Below, piece by piece: positions 49,181 to 59,961 of a DNA stretch of 64,000 bases. A program made the position numbers and the translations under genes. The notes below the pieces were generated by a model. That model was not told where the DNA came from and made no database searches. It worked only from the letters and a program-made list of their open reading frames with translations. Position 1 is the stretch's first letter; each line of letters opens with the position of its first letter. The DNA lies in NCBI GenBank assembly GCA_963666835.2, contig CAXXGO010000006.1:704001-768000 (forward strand). The letters run 5' to 3'. Source of the stretch: Phycisphaerae bacterium (GTDB taxonomy: Bacteria > Planctomycetota > Phycisphaerae > UBA1845).

Positions 49181-52100
49181 ATGCAAACAACGAATCTCTG
49201 GACGTTCAGCCTGATGGCGTCCGTCTTGGCTGCGACAACGGTAGGGGCTCGTGAGACGGATCAGGTTCCAGGCATGGCTCCTACGGCAGCCAGGGCAGCC
49301 TCTGCTGTAGCGGTCTCCAGCGTGAACAGCGCCCGGATTAAGGGTGTGCTCACTCCCCTGCCGGAGTCTGCGCAGGTGATTCGGCATTATATTGATGTCC
49401 CCGGCAGACTGGCGGGGGCGGACGACCCCGAAGAGAAGCTCATTTACAGCAACACGTACGGGGACTTCCTGTATGTTCCCGGTTCCGGACTGGGGATCGC
49501 GGACGACATTATTACCGACGCGGTGGCGGAGTGCGGAGTGAAACGCATCGTATTCCAGGTGAATGGCGGGGTCGAGGCAGGCGACGGCGAGTTCTCCGTC
49601 AAAATCAGCATTTGGGATCGATGTCCGGGCCTTCGTGACGCCGTGAACCTCTTCGGTCCGGGCAGCGAGTTCACATTCGACGGCCTCTCGGACAACATCA
49701 CAGAGAATCACGAACTGCAGATTGACTTCGCGGATATAGGAGCCTGCGACGACCAGGCTCTATGCCGGGTGTCGGAGCAGGACTGCGCGGACGGCTCGCA
49801 ATGCCAACCTCGGACGGTACCGGAACTTCCTCCGACAATCTGGATGATGTACCGCTTCAACACCAACACGGCCGGGGTGATCGTGGGAAGCCCGGCAGAG
49901 GTGGGATTCTCCTCAGATGCCTACCACCACCTATACGCGCCCTGTTGGGCATGGCTCGGGGGCTATCCGCGGCATCCGCACTCCAGCTTCTGGGTGCAGG
50001 TCTTCGTGGATGGGACTCCCTACGAACAACACCCTGACTTCTGCCCTACGCACTTTCTGGCCTACCGGGCGGTGTCCACCAACAGCGAGTTCTTTTTGCC
50101 GCTGGACCCCATGCACACCATGGTGTCCGACGACATTACGTTGGTTAGGGCCGTGACCGGATCACCCTATCCCCGGCCTATCTCGTGCGAGATCAGCGCC
50201 CTGGAAATCGGCGTGATAGGTAATGCCGGGGACTTCACCTTGGATGTCGACGTCCGCTGGCCGGAGCGCGATGATGTAGTCCCGGGGATGCAGCGAACTT
50301 ACGAGGGACGCGGTGAGGGAAGTTTATCGGTAGCCCGGTTCTTGTATGATGAGGGACATTTCATCAACGCCAATGACCAGCCGTTCTATGTGAACTGGCT
50401 GCCGAACATAGGCAACGTAGCAGTGCCAATTGTCGGGCGTACCCAAGCCGGCGCTAGCGATGTGTGGCTTGGCATGCAGGATGTTACCGATCCGGATAAT
50501 CCGGGTGACTGGGAACTTGTCCGTCCTGACTCCGGCATTCCTGGAATCGCTCACATCGCCGTGTATTGCCGCGGTGAAACGCCGACCGGGGCCTGCTGTC
50601 CGGACCAGTCGGCGGAGCCGGGTCTGGACCCGGTCTGTCACGACGATGTTCCTGTCACCAGCTGCCCGTCGGCGCGTTGGATCATGGATTCCACTTGCGC
50701 CGCCAACGAATTCGCCCCCCCCCTGCGGGACGCACCAGTGTTGTATGCCGAACGGCAGCTGTGACAATCTAACATACGATGAATGCCATGCTCTACGGGC
50801 TCCGCAGTTCGACCCCGTTATATGTGCCGTTGACGAGGACTGCCCGGGCTCCCGGACGTGTGGTATTCTCGGAGAATGCGTGGGTGGTTCCAAGGAACAA
50901 CAAGATTGTGAAACTGACGCAGACTGTAATGAGCCGGGTGAGACCGCGGGTACCTGCGTGGGCGACGTCGTGCCGGGGCAATGCGACCTGAGTCGCGGGC
51001 AATGGACAACCGGGACATTCTGTGATGAAGGCGACCCCTGCACGATATTCCAGTGCTACGATGCCGAGGGTGATTGCATGGAAGGGGATGTGGAGTTCAT
51101 CCTTTGCCCCAGCGGCGATTCCGATTGCCCGAATGGGCGAATGTGCTACCAGCCGCCGGTTGGGCCGGCCAGGTGCCTTATGCGGGCCGGTTGCGGCAAT
51201 CTGGAGTGCTGCAACGCGGTTTGCGAGGTAGACCCCTACTGCTGCAACGCTCTTGACGGCGGATGGGATCTGGGATGCGCCAGTCGGGCACGACAAATGG
51301 CCGATGCGGAATGTTCCTACGCCCCGGAGAACGACAGGTGCTGGGATCCGGGCAATCCGGAAGCAGGTGCTACTGAGATAGAAATCCTCGAAGAAGATAC
51401 CGGCGACCCCTGTACGCCGGAGTCGGAATACTGTTCGGGCTGGGCGATGGCCAACAACATCACCGCAACGTCTCACCCGACAGATCCCGGATACTGCTGC
51501 AACCTCGCGGGGCTGAACTTACCGGGTGCCGGAAACCTCTGGTACAAGTTCACCGCCGTGCACTCCAGCGCCCAGATCAGTACGTGTGATACGCCGGGAT
51601 GGACAATGGACTCTCTGATCCAGGTGTTTGAGGCCGGGGACGATTCGACGCCGCAGGCCGCATGCGAGTCCCTGGAGATAATCGGATGCGACGATGATAC
51701 TCCAGGCTGCGGTGAAGTGGGATCCATGTCGCAGGTCTGCGTCACCGGTCTTTCCGAAGGTGTAACTTACTACGTGGTTGTGGGTGGGAGTACTCTGGCA
51801 GAACAGCCGAAGGGGCAGTACATCTTGGACATAGAGTCCCCGTGTCCCTCGCTCCCGCCGGACGGCAGCCTGTGCGAACTCGCCGTGTACGTCCCGGAGG
51901 GGACAACGCCGTTCAGCCTCCAGTATGCGGATCTTGATTGTCCGGGCGAAGACGCCTTGCCGGCAATGATGAATGACATTTGGTTTGCGCATGCCCCTAC
52001 CTGTATCGGAAACCTGGAGGTGCGGACTTGCGGCCTGACACCGGAAGATGAGGATCCGGACACGACCCTGGCGGTTTACTGCGCGCCGTTCGGTGAAGAT

Positions 52101-53576
52101 AACTGCCCGCCCGTCGCAGTCGCGTCGGCCGTTAATGACGATTCCGAATTGAACAAAACCTGCTCAATCGGTGGACAGGCGTGCGATGAAGCGAGCGATT
52201 GCGTCCTCGGATGCACCGGTTTGGGGATCCTCTGCCAGAGCGATGATGATTGCCCGGGTACGACGAAATGCGATCTGCGGTTGCAGTCCGAGTGCAGCGT
52301 CTCGGGCGTGAACTGCTTTACCGATTCGGATTGCACGGCGGGTTATTGCCACAATAATGAATTAGTAAGCTGCGACACAGAGGTCTTTGAGATGCGGTGC
52401 ACCGAAGGAACGGTGATTTATTGCCCGAATGGAGATGAATGCGATTACGGAGCGGAATGCGTGGAGTACTGGCCAAGCTGCGGATGGACCGTGGATGGCG
52501 ATGACACTGTAGCCCGCCAGTGCGTCAAGGACGACGAATGTGAGGCGGCAACCTGCGATAGCGATTGTGCTCCGGCCTCCTCGGTTGTCGCGCCGGTAAT
52601 GCCCGGTGATGTATGTAAGATCCGTATCGGAGGTGAGTACGGCTCTGAGCCGGTGGGCGATCTTACGATTGCCTGTGTGGAAGACGACTGCAACTGGAAC
52701 CTCGTGCCGGACCTCATCGACATCGAGCACGGGCTTTCGGCAGACTGCAACCTCAACGGCAACCCCGACGAGTGCGATGTCGATCCGAGCGATCCGGACG
52801 GTGACGGGACCGTGGCGGATGACTGTGACGGCAACGGCATTCCGGACGAATGCCAGATCCCCGTTTGGCCGGAGGTGATCTGCAAGGAGTGCATGCGTGG
52901 CGACATCCGTACGGGCCGTCGGTGCAGCTACGATTTCGATTGCTACACCTGCTCCGGTGCCGGGGGATATTGCAGGAGCGACGACGATTGCCCCAGTGGC
53001 CAGGTATGCGAGAGTGTGGAAGTTTGTGTAAGCCATAGCCCCTGCAAATCGGGCCCGTTCTTCTGCACGCAGGAGTGCGACCCTGACGCCGACAGGAACG
53101 GTATCCCGGACGTCTGCACGGCGGAGGACTCGGACGGTGACGGGGTTTCGGACGACCTGGATAACTGCCCGGTGAATCCGAATCCGGGCCAGGAGGACGG
53201 CGACGGCGACGGTGTCGGTAACGTCTGTGACAACTGCGGCAGCACGCCGAACCCGGGTCAGGAAGATGCTGACGGCGACGATTTCGGTGATGCCTGTGAC
53301 AACTGCCCGCTCGATGATATGAAGACTGAGCCGGGTCAGTGCGGTTGCGGCGAAGGCCCGATGTGCGGCTTCAACGTCGAGTGTAACGAGGATGCCGACG
53401 GCGTCTCGGATTGCATCGATGCTTGCCCGTTCGGCGAGTGGGATCCGGAGATGGACGGCATCGAGGGCTGTGATGATGCGATCCCGACGATGTCGCAGTG
53501 GGGTCTGGTCGTTATGGCGCTGTTGCTGTTGGTTGCCGGAAAGGTGTACTTCGGCCGTCGAACGGCGAGGGCCTAA
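49181..53576 (+). pseudogene. Giant Cys/Asp-rich surface protein with thrombospondin type-3 repeats and IPTL-CTERM; split by +1 frameshift at a C9 tract (50715-50723)
   Basis: Signal peptide in ORF1; Cys-rich sequence continues in ORF2 right after the C tract; DSDGDGVSDDLDNCPVNPNPGQED repeats; C-terminal IPTMSQWGLVVMALLLLVAG..RR. Confidence 0.8.
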
Positions 53577-53940
53577 TTCGGGTCCAATCGCCTAACGGTG
53601 AATAGTCTCTAACCCTCCCGCCCTCGGAGGCCGGTACAGTCGGCCCCGGGGGCGGAGCTTCTTCACCGAATCGAGTCCGAGAACTGGACCCGGTTTGACC
53701 TTACGAAGGACCGCGCAAGCCGAACGTCGCTGCTCGGCCGTTGCTGAGCTGGTGCGGGAAGGTGCCACGCGCGCAGGAGGTACGGCCGAATCGCGTGAGC
53801 GCGACTGCCGAATCGAGGCGGTTTCTTACAGACCAACCGGTCCTGGACCGGTTTCATTGTGTGATTCCTTTCTGGGTCGTGTTCCGGGGGCGAGTGTCCG
53901 GTGATGATCCGTCAGCAGACTTGCCTACTTGAGGTGTGCT

Positions 53941-54273
53941 ATGCCAGAGTATGCGTTCTTCTTCGGGTACGAGACGCCGCGCCAGTTGAAGAACAACGAT
54001 GCACACGGTTGGGATGACGACGACTCGCTGACGATAGTGATTGAAGCTCGCTCGGAGCAACAAGCGTTTGAGTGGGGAAGAAGGCTGGCCGACTCATTCT
54101 GCTCGCAACTTCACGGCGATCGGTTCAGCTGGACCCAATCAGGCTACGCCCATTGCATCAGATACGATTTCACTCGAGAACAACTGGCTAATCTAGAGAT
54201 CAAGCGTGTCCAAGTCGGTGAGTTTCCCGACTTCTCGCAAACGTTGGCACGCATCCACGACCAGGATTCGTAG
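53941..54273 (+). CDS. Hypothetical protein
   Basis: GAGGTG RBS before ATG; protein-like composition (MPEYAFFFGYETP...). Confidence 0.6.
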   Translation: MPEYAFFFGYETPRQLKNNDAHGWDDDDSLTIVIEARSEQQAFEWGRRLADSFCSQLHGDRFSWTQSGYAHCIRYDFTREQLANLEIKRVQVGEFPDFSQTLARIHDQDS

Positions 54274-54291
54274 AAGTTCTGCGCAAGCAAC

Positions 54292-54655
54292 GGGGCTTTG
54301 TGACCCAGGGTGGCGCTCCGTGGCTACGCCGCTTTCGTTTACCTTCGGCTTCGTTGTCGAACGGCGTACGTTCAAAAAGGCACGAGACCTGCCGTGAAGG
54401 CGCGCGATGCGTGAAGACCTTGTAGGGCATGGTCGAGGTACGAGACCTGCCGAGATGTCGCGTGTCGCGCGAATCTCTAACCGCGTCACGTGGCCACGCG
54501 GTGAACCGTCCCGAAGGGCCGGCGGAGGATTAACCGCATGACGAAAAGACCAACGGCAGGTCTCGTTCCTCGACCGTGCCCTACACCCGCCGAAGCCGCC
54601 GTACCCATTGAGCCGGCATGCGGGCGCGCTCTGCAGGCAGGATGCCTCCGTTACG
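54292..54655. repeat. Mosaic repeat cluster
   Basis: rc of the 35545-35601 unit at 54292-54343; inverted GTAG-REP pair 54422-54451/54555-54584; family-2 REP ~54633-54655. Confidence 0.8.
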
Positions 54656-54709
54656 GGCGCTGGGCGCGTTCCGAACACGTTTCGCGCATGCCTGCGTGAC
54701 ACCCTGCGA

Positions 54710-54909
54710 CGATGACGTTATCGAGTCACCTCATTAGCTGAATGGCCCGCGCGCCCGGCGGGCGGACTAGCTCTCTGTCACACGTGGACGTTCGGGTTTG
54801 ATTCACACCGTGTTCCGTTTCTGTATCACTTAAGAGCAATGGCGCACGCGCGATGACGTTATCGAGTCACCTTATTAGGGGAATGCGCGCGCGCCAACCG
54901 GCGGACCAG
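54710..54909 (+). repeat. Two ~60-bp direct repeats with palindromic core
   Basis: CGATGACGTTATCGAGTCACCT.ATTAG..GAATG at 54710 and 54851 (141-bp spacing). Confidence 0.8.
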
Positions 54910-54973
54910 ATCGGGGTGGTTGAGCATCTTCGAGACACTCACGGATACGCGCGGAGATTCCCATTGAATGACC

Positions 54974-55002
54974 TTGACATAAGCACGCTCAGGCTATACA
55001 TT
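54974..55002 (+). promoter_or_regulatory. sigma70-type promoter
   Basis: TTGACA-17 nt-TACATT. Confidence 0.6.
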
Positions 55003-55581
55003 AGCGCCATCGCGTTGACGGGGCATTCTCGGCATACGCGACGGCATCGGCGGAGCTTGGTGCCTCAGCCACATCGGTCACCGAGCGCGGGTCTGGAACC
55101 GTCGTGATCTGCCGGACTGCTATAAGGCAGAGCGAGGACTACCTTTCTTTCGGTCACGACCGCGATAGCGAATAAGAACGTGCGCCTGCGGGTCTTTGCG
55201 TTCCACGCAGGCGAGTCTGCCGTGGATTCTGTGGGACAGGCAGGCTCTCGCCACTGACAACGCCGGCTTGCCGGTTTGTGGGCACGGCCAGGGCGGTGGC
55301 AGCTCGTCTCTTGTATCTGTCGCAGTTGTGCAGTGGGTTCGGACAGTAGGCGGAGATTCCACTTGGTCGGGGTTGTCTGATCGGCCGGGTGTGAGTCGTG
55401 CGTGACGGGTTTGCGCGCTGGGGTCGCTGGAAGAGCGGGGTGGGTTCGAGCAGATTCCGTTGCGCGGGCTCGAAGGGTGGCCACGCCCCTCTTTCGGTCA
55501 GAGAAGCCCGGACGACTCTCGCGAGCCTACACGGCCTGATCCACAGGGCAGATCGAAGTCCAGACAAGCGGAGGGAGTCTG

Positions 55582-56430
55582 GTGTTTACGCGGCCACGAG
55601 GTATCGCGTTCAAACGCCTGTTACAGGAAGCACCGGAGGCGGTCTTGCCGCGCCGAATCGCCAGTTTGATCGTAGGTAGCATCGTCAAGGGCGCCGCACA
55701 GGTGGGCCGCGCGATGCCGTGCAGTTCCCAAACGGTGGCGCTGGCTGCTGCGCTGGCTTTGAGTGCCCTGTTCACTGTCGTAGCTCTGCGCGTTCCGGGT
55801 CGGCAGGGGCTGGCCTGGATCAGCTTCCTCCCGCTGTTCGCGGTCGTTCGATCATTGCGGCCGCCCGCGGCCGCACTGGCCGGGGGGTTCTGGGGCGTCT
55901 GTCTGTACCTCCTCGTCTCGGCCGGAGCGAATCCTGCAATCGGTCCATCCGCGCACGAACCCTCGCAAGCGAGTCCGTCGGTGTGGCTGTTGGCGTTGTT
56001 GATCGCAATACCCGCGGTTTACGTCGGTCTGGCGGCCCGACCCACTCGGCGCAGTGCCGGGGTATTGTCAGCGTCTTCGGCAAACCGGCTTTTTACACTG
56101 GCCCTAGGTTGGACGTTGATCGAGGTCGTCCTTCATCTGTTCAGAGTATCGGGGCCACAAGAGGGTTTGCTTACCGGCGCGACGGGCGAAGGCGAGTCGC
56201 TTCACTGGTTTGCCCGTTTGCTGGGCTACGTCTGCTCGGCTTTTGCGGTGGCTTGCATTAACGCCTCGTTGGTCGGTTTCTTGAGCGGGCTCCGCCTCAC
56301 TTTCCCCGCCTTGCGGCCATCGGCGAAAGCGCCCAGCCTCGTCGGGCGACTGCCAATGTCCGTATCTATAGCAATCCAGTCTTGGAATCTACGCCAAGTC
56401 TATCCGCGCGGACCGCCGGTGCGGCTCTGA
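55582..56430 (+). CDS. Multi-pass membrane protein resembling the Lnt N-terminal TM region, ending in RGPP
   Basis: GGAGGGAG RBS; LAWISFLPL..., LGWTLIEV; about 5-6 TM segments; no nitrilase domain; C-terminus YPRGPPVRL. Confidence 0.6.
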   Translation: MFTRPRGIAFKRLLQEAPEAVLPRRIASLIVGSIVKGAAQVGRAMPCSSQTVALAAALALSALFTVVALRVPGRQGLAWISFLPLFAVVRSLRPPAAALAGGFWGVCLYLLVSAGANPAIGPSAHEPSQASPSVWLLALLIAIPAVYVGLAARPTRRSAGVLSASSANRLFTLALGWTLIEVVLHLFRVSGPQEGLLTGATGEGESLHWFARLLGYVCSAFAVACINASLVGFLSGLRLTFPALRPSAKAPSLVGRLPMSVSIAIQSWNLRQVYPRGPPVRL

Positions 56431-56538
56431 ATCACCGTTTGAAGTCACGTAACCCAATTCCACGATGAGAAATCGCAGACCAAACCAATGGCGGGGCGAA
56501 CTCGCCTTACATGATAACGACGAGAGGACAACACTGTT

Positions 56539-57054
56539 ATGAAAGCGCGCAGTCTATTCTGTTATGGAGTGATCACGACGCTATTGGCCGTTCTGGCGTT
56601 TCAATCGCCCGCGATGGCCGACGGATCGACTACTGTGACTACAGCGACGAGAAACGCCGCCGTCGCGGCACCTAATCGCACGCAATACCACCTAGCCGGA
56701 ACCGCGACCGGTTTCGAAGGAGAAGTGTACACGATTCGAATTGAGATTGTTAACGGCGCTGGTATGAAGATTGACGCGATTACAAGAACATATACAAAAC
56801 GAACATCTCCCAGTGATTGGAGTATATGTTGGAACGGCGTAAATGGTGGCGTCGCGTATAGGCTCTTCTACATTGACACGCCTGGAAAGAGCGCAAAACT
56901 CGCTGATGTAGAAGGCAGTCTGGAAGAGACAACAGATGTGTGCGCCCCTTCGGTTCCCTCTGTATCCGAATGGGGCTTGATGATCATGGCGCTCTTCGTG
57001 CTGACCGCGGGGACGATTGTGATTCGGTGGCAACGCCGGTCTGCGGCAGTGTAG
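56539..57054 (+). CDS. Small secreted protein with IPTL-CTERM-type sorting signal
   Basis: Signal peptide PAMA/DG; C-terminal VPSVSEWGLMIMALFVLTAGTIVIRWQRR; GAGG RBS. Confidence 0.8.
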   Translation: MKARSLFCYGVITTLLAVLAFQSPAMADGSTTVTTATRNAAVAAPNRTQYHLAGTATGFEGEVYTIRIEIVNGAGMKIDAITRTYTKRTSPSDWSICWNGVNGGVAYRLFYIDTPGKSAKLADVEGSLEETTDVCAPSVPSVSEWGLMIMALFVLTAGTIVIRWQRRSAAV

Positions 57055-57359
57055 CGGGACGGAGGTTTGCCGGTTTCGGACTTAAAGGTCGCGTAGGAAG
57101 CGACAATCCAACGGGGTCCGCCGTGCGGGACGGTCTTGCCGGGGCTTGCCACCCTGCCAAGATGGCCCGCACGGTGAGGCCCTACCGGCTGCACCTGTCG
57201 CCGCGGCGCGGTCCAGACCGGGTCGTTCCCTCAAACGAAGTACGGCCTGTAACCCAATGTAGCGCCAGGGCTTGTCCCTGGCGTGGAAACGCGATGTGTT
57301 TCCACAACGCCACCCACGAGGGATGACGCTACAGTGGTTTACGCACATTCATGCGAACA

Positions 57360-59156
57360 TCAGGAATAATCCGGGCCGGTCTTGTCGTCAGGTTTGCCAG
57401 CATCGGCGGGTGGCACGTTAGCAGATTCGACGACTTCGGTGCGGGCTAAGATGTCTCCGAGCCGTTGCTGGGCAGGCGTCACGGCAAGCAACAGGATAAG
57501 CGGTGGAAATTGGAACTCCACGATCCGCACCAGGTTTCTGACCACCAGGGTGGCGAAAGAACACCGCGTCGCGCCCTCGCCGGTGACCTTCAGACCCAAA
57601 AGCCACTTTCCGAGCGTCGCCCCAATGACCACTTCCAGGATTGCGGCGTAGACGCTGACGATGGCGCCGATGACCGCCTTCGACCAGTACACCCACGAGG
57701 TCATGTCCTGGGCACCCTGGGGCAGCCATTCGGCCAAGGTGAACCCCCCGGCCTCCCGGACCCACAGCGTGTACAGAGTCAGCCCCCAGACCGGAAAGAG
57801 GACCGTAATGTCGATGGCCATCGCCAGGCTGCGTCGGCAGAGCCGCGAGATCGCCTGGCCGGGCTGCATTGGGGCGACGTCGAGAATCCGCTCACGCCGC
57901 CAGAAGAACACGACGACCAGCATCCCGGCCAGTATCCCGTACTGGATCAGCAGCCGAACGGTCACGTCGCCCTGGTTCGACATTGGGTGGGAAAGGGCGA
58001 GAACGGGTGCAGACTGCTCGACCGCTATCCCGGTTTCACCCGACCACAGGCCCACCTGAACGACCCCGGCGTCGTCGAGGTGAGCTATAGCGATTGACTG
58101 ATTGTGCGCCGCCACCCCAGCCAGACCGGAAAACCTCGCGGGTGCCCCTGACTCGTCGAGCAGATGCGGCTTGGCTTCCCAAACCCCGTCGATCAGGGCA
58201 ACGCTGTATACGGACTCTCCTTCGTCGTACCGCTGAGTGAGCATTACCGTCGGACGCCCGCTCGTCCAACCGGATCCCGCCAACTTGGCATCGGGGCCTG
58301 CAGACACGGGGCACGCGTCTCCCCAAGGCTTGTCGGGCGCTGCCGAGAAGCGATAGATAAGTGAGGCAGAGGCGTCTTTGCCGGGTCGGTACAACAGGTG
58401 GATTTGCCCTTCGTCGACCAACAACGCCGCCAGGCTTACGCCAAACGTAACGTCGGCCGGGATGTTGCGGTCCTTAACCCAGCGGTTGCCCTCGTAACGC
58501 ACAATGGCAAAGTCGGTCGGCATTCCGGCAGCGCGGGGGATCGCTGAATCACCTCGCTCGTCGGCTTGCCAGGGACCGAGCAGTTCCGAATCGGCGTCCC
58601 CTGCGCCACTCGCCAAGTACGCCTCGACCGCTACGTACAGGACGCCGCGACTTCGATCGCCGGCCAGGGCAAGTGGCAGGGCGGCGGACGGCAGGGATAG
58701 CTCGGGAAACTGCGTCGGCGAAGGCGTCCGGCTCCAGGAGATTCTTCGAGGGACGTAACGCCGGTGAGTGCCGTCACCGAAGAACACGTGCAGGTCCGAC
58801 CCGCAGGCGGCGCCTATCTTCACCTGTCCGCGAACCGCATCGATTAACAACGGGAGAAACGTCTTACCTCTGGGGTCTGCCGCTCGACGATAGGCGAACT
58901 GACGCGGGTGCTCGTCGCTTTCCAGTTCCAGGTTGTGGCGATAGATCCATAGGACCTCGTCGGCACCATAAAGCTCAAGCATCGGCGGGTCGGCCGCGAA
59001 CGACGATGTCGGCGCCGCCACGGACATTGCGACCAACACCATCGCAGTTGTTATCCGTGTCCACACCGGAGGCAACCCCGGCCGGCGGCACGCGAAGTCC
59101 GCAGGCCGATTACGGACGGCGACAGACATGGCCGTATCGCCGCCCTTACCGCTCAT
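57360..59156 (-). CDS. RDD-domain membrane protein with large extracytoplasmic N-terminal domain
   Basis: RRSLAMAID, GATLGKWLLGLKV, RNLVRIVE, QRLGDILART.VV. Confidence 0.8.
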   Translation of the reverse strand: MSGKGGDTAMSVAVRNRPADFACRRPGLPPVWTRITTAMVLVAMSVAAPTSSFAADPPMLELYGADEVLWIYRHNLELESDEHPRQFAYRRAADPRGKTFLPLLIDAVRGQVKIGAACGSDLHVFFGDGTHRRYVPRRISWSRTPSPTQFPELSLPSAALPLALAGDRSRGVLYVAVEAYLASGAGDADSELLGPWQADERGDSAIPRAAGMPTDFAIVRYEGNRWVKDRNIPADVTFGVSLAALLVDEGQIHLLYRPGKDASASLIYRFSAAPDKPWGDACPVSAGPDAKLAGSGWTSGRPTVMLTQRYDEGESVYSVALIDGVWEAKPHLLDESGAPARFSGLAGVAAHNQSIAIAHLDDAGVVQVGLWSGETGIAVEQSAPVLALSHPMSNQGDVTVRLLIQYGILAGMLVVVFFWRRERILDVAPMQPGQAISRLCRRSLAMAIDITVLFPVWGLTLYTLWVREAGGFTLAEWLPQGAQDMTSWVYWSKAVIGAIVSVYAAILEVVIGATLGKWLLGLKVTGEGATRCSFATLVVRNLVRIVEFQFPPLILLLAVTPAQQRLGDILARTEVVESANVPPADAGKPDDKTGPDYS

Positions 59157-59961
59157 CGCACTCTTGCGGGGTGGCGAACTGCCTGCTGTCGGGCGTGACC
59201 CGCTCGACAAGAGTCCACTTTGCCACGCGGAACCACATTTCCGTCTGCTCCTTCGGCCACGTTGCGGCCATCGCGTGCGGCAGCAGGGGCCCATTCGGTG
59301 TCAGCGGTCGGTAATCGTCCAACCGCGATTCCATTTCAACCGCGCCGTTGAGGTCTCGAAAGACCACTCGGCGGATAAGCTGGGGTGGATACCGATCCAG
59401 CCAATACTCCTTCTCGATCATCGGATGTCCGGACTCGTCGTGTTCAAGAAACAAAACCTGCTGGTATTCGTCCACAATCCGCTGCACGAGAGGTCCGGAC
59501 GCGTTGGCCCCGGTAATCGGGCTCAAACCCAGCGCGTCGGCGATCTGGTCCGGGCGAATCGGGATGCCCGCAGGAAGATCCTCCGGGGCGCCGTGCTGTC
59601 CGCAGTAGAGTGGGTCGTTCTCCTCAGCCCGGTACCAGTAGCCTTTGTCGTTTGAGCCCAGCAGAAACTGGCTGTTCCCCAGCTTCTTCATCTCGAAGCG
59701 AACGTAGCACGGATTCAGATAGAAGAGCACCGCGTCCACGTGATAGTTGCGGGTACGCCCATCGATAACGAAACGACCGTCCACCGATCCGCCGGCCTTG
59801 AGCGTTCCGCCGATGCCGGCCGCGTTCCGGTTAACGATCTGCACGGCCTGGTGCATCGGGATCGGGTCAAAAGGCGGGGGACGTGTGGGCGAGACGCATC
59901 CGCTCCCGATTATCAGGGATGCAATTGCCGCGCTTGCCACCGGGATCTTACGAGTCGCCAT
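59146..59961 (-). CDS. Hypothetical lipoprotein
   Basis: Lipobox-like GSGC; LLGSNDKGYWY motif; overlaps neighbours, operon-like. Confidence 0.65.
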   Translation of the reverse strand: MATRKIPVASAAIASLIIGSGCVSPTRPPPFDPIPMHQAVQIVNRNAAGIGGTLKAGGSVDGRFVIDGRTRNYHVDAVLFYLNPCYVRFEMKKLGNSQFLLGSNDKGYWYRAEENDPLYCGQHGAPEDLPAGIPIRPDQIADALGLSPITGANASGPLVQRIVDEYQQVLFLEHDESGHPMIEKEYWLDRYPPQLIRRVVFRDLNGAVEMESRLDDYRPLTPNGPLLPHAMAATWPKEQTEMWFRVAKWTLVERVTPDSRQFATPQECDER

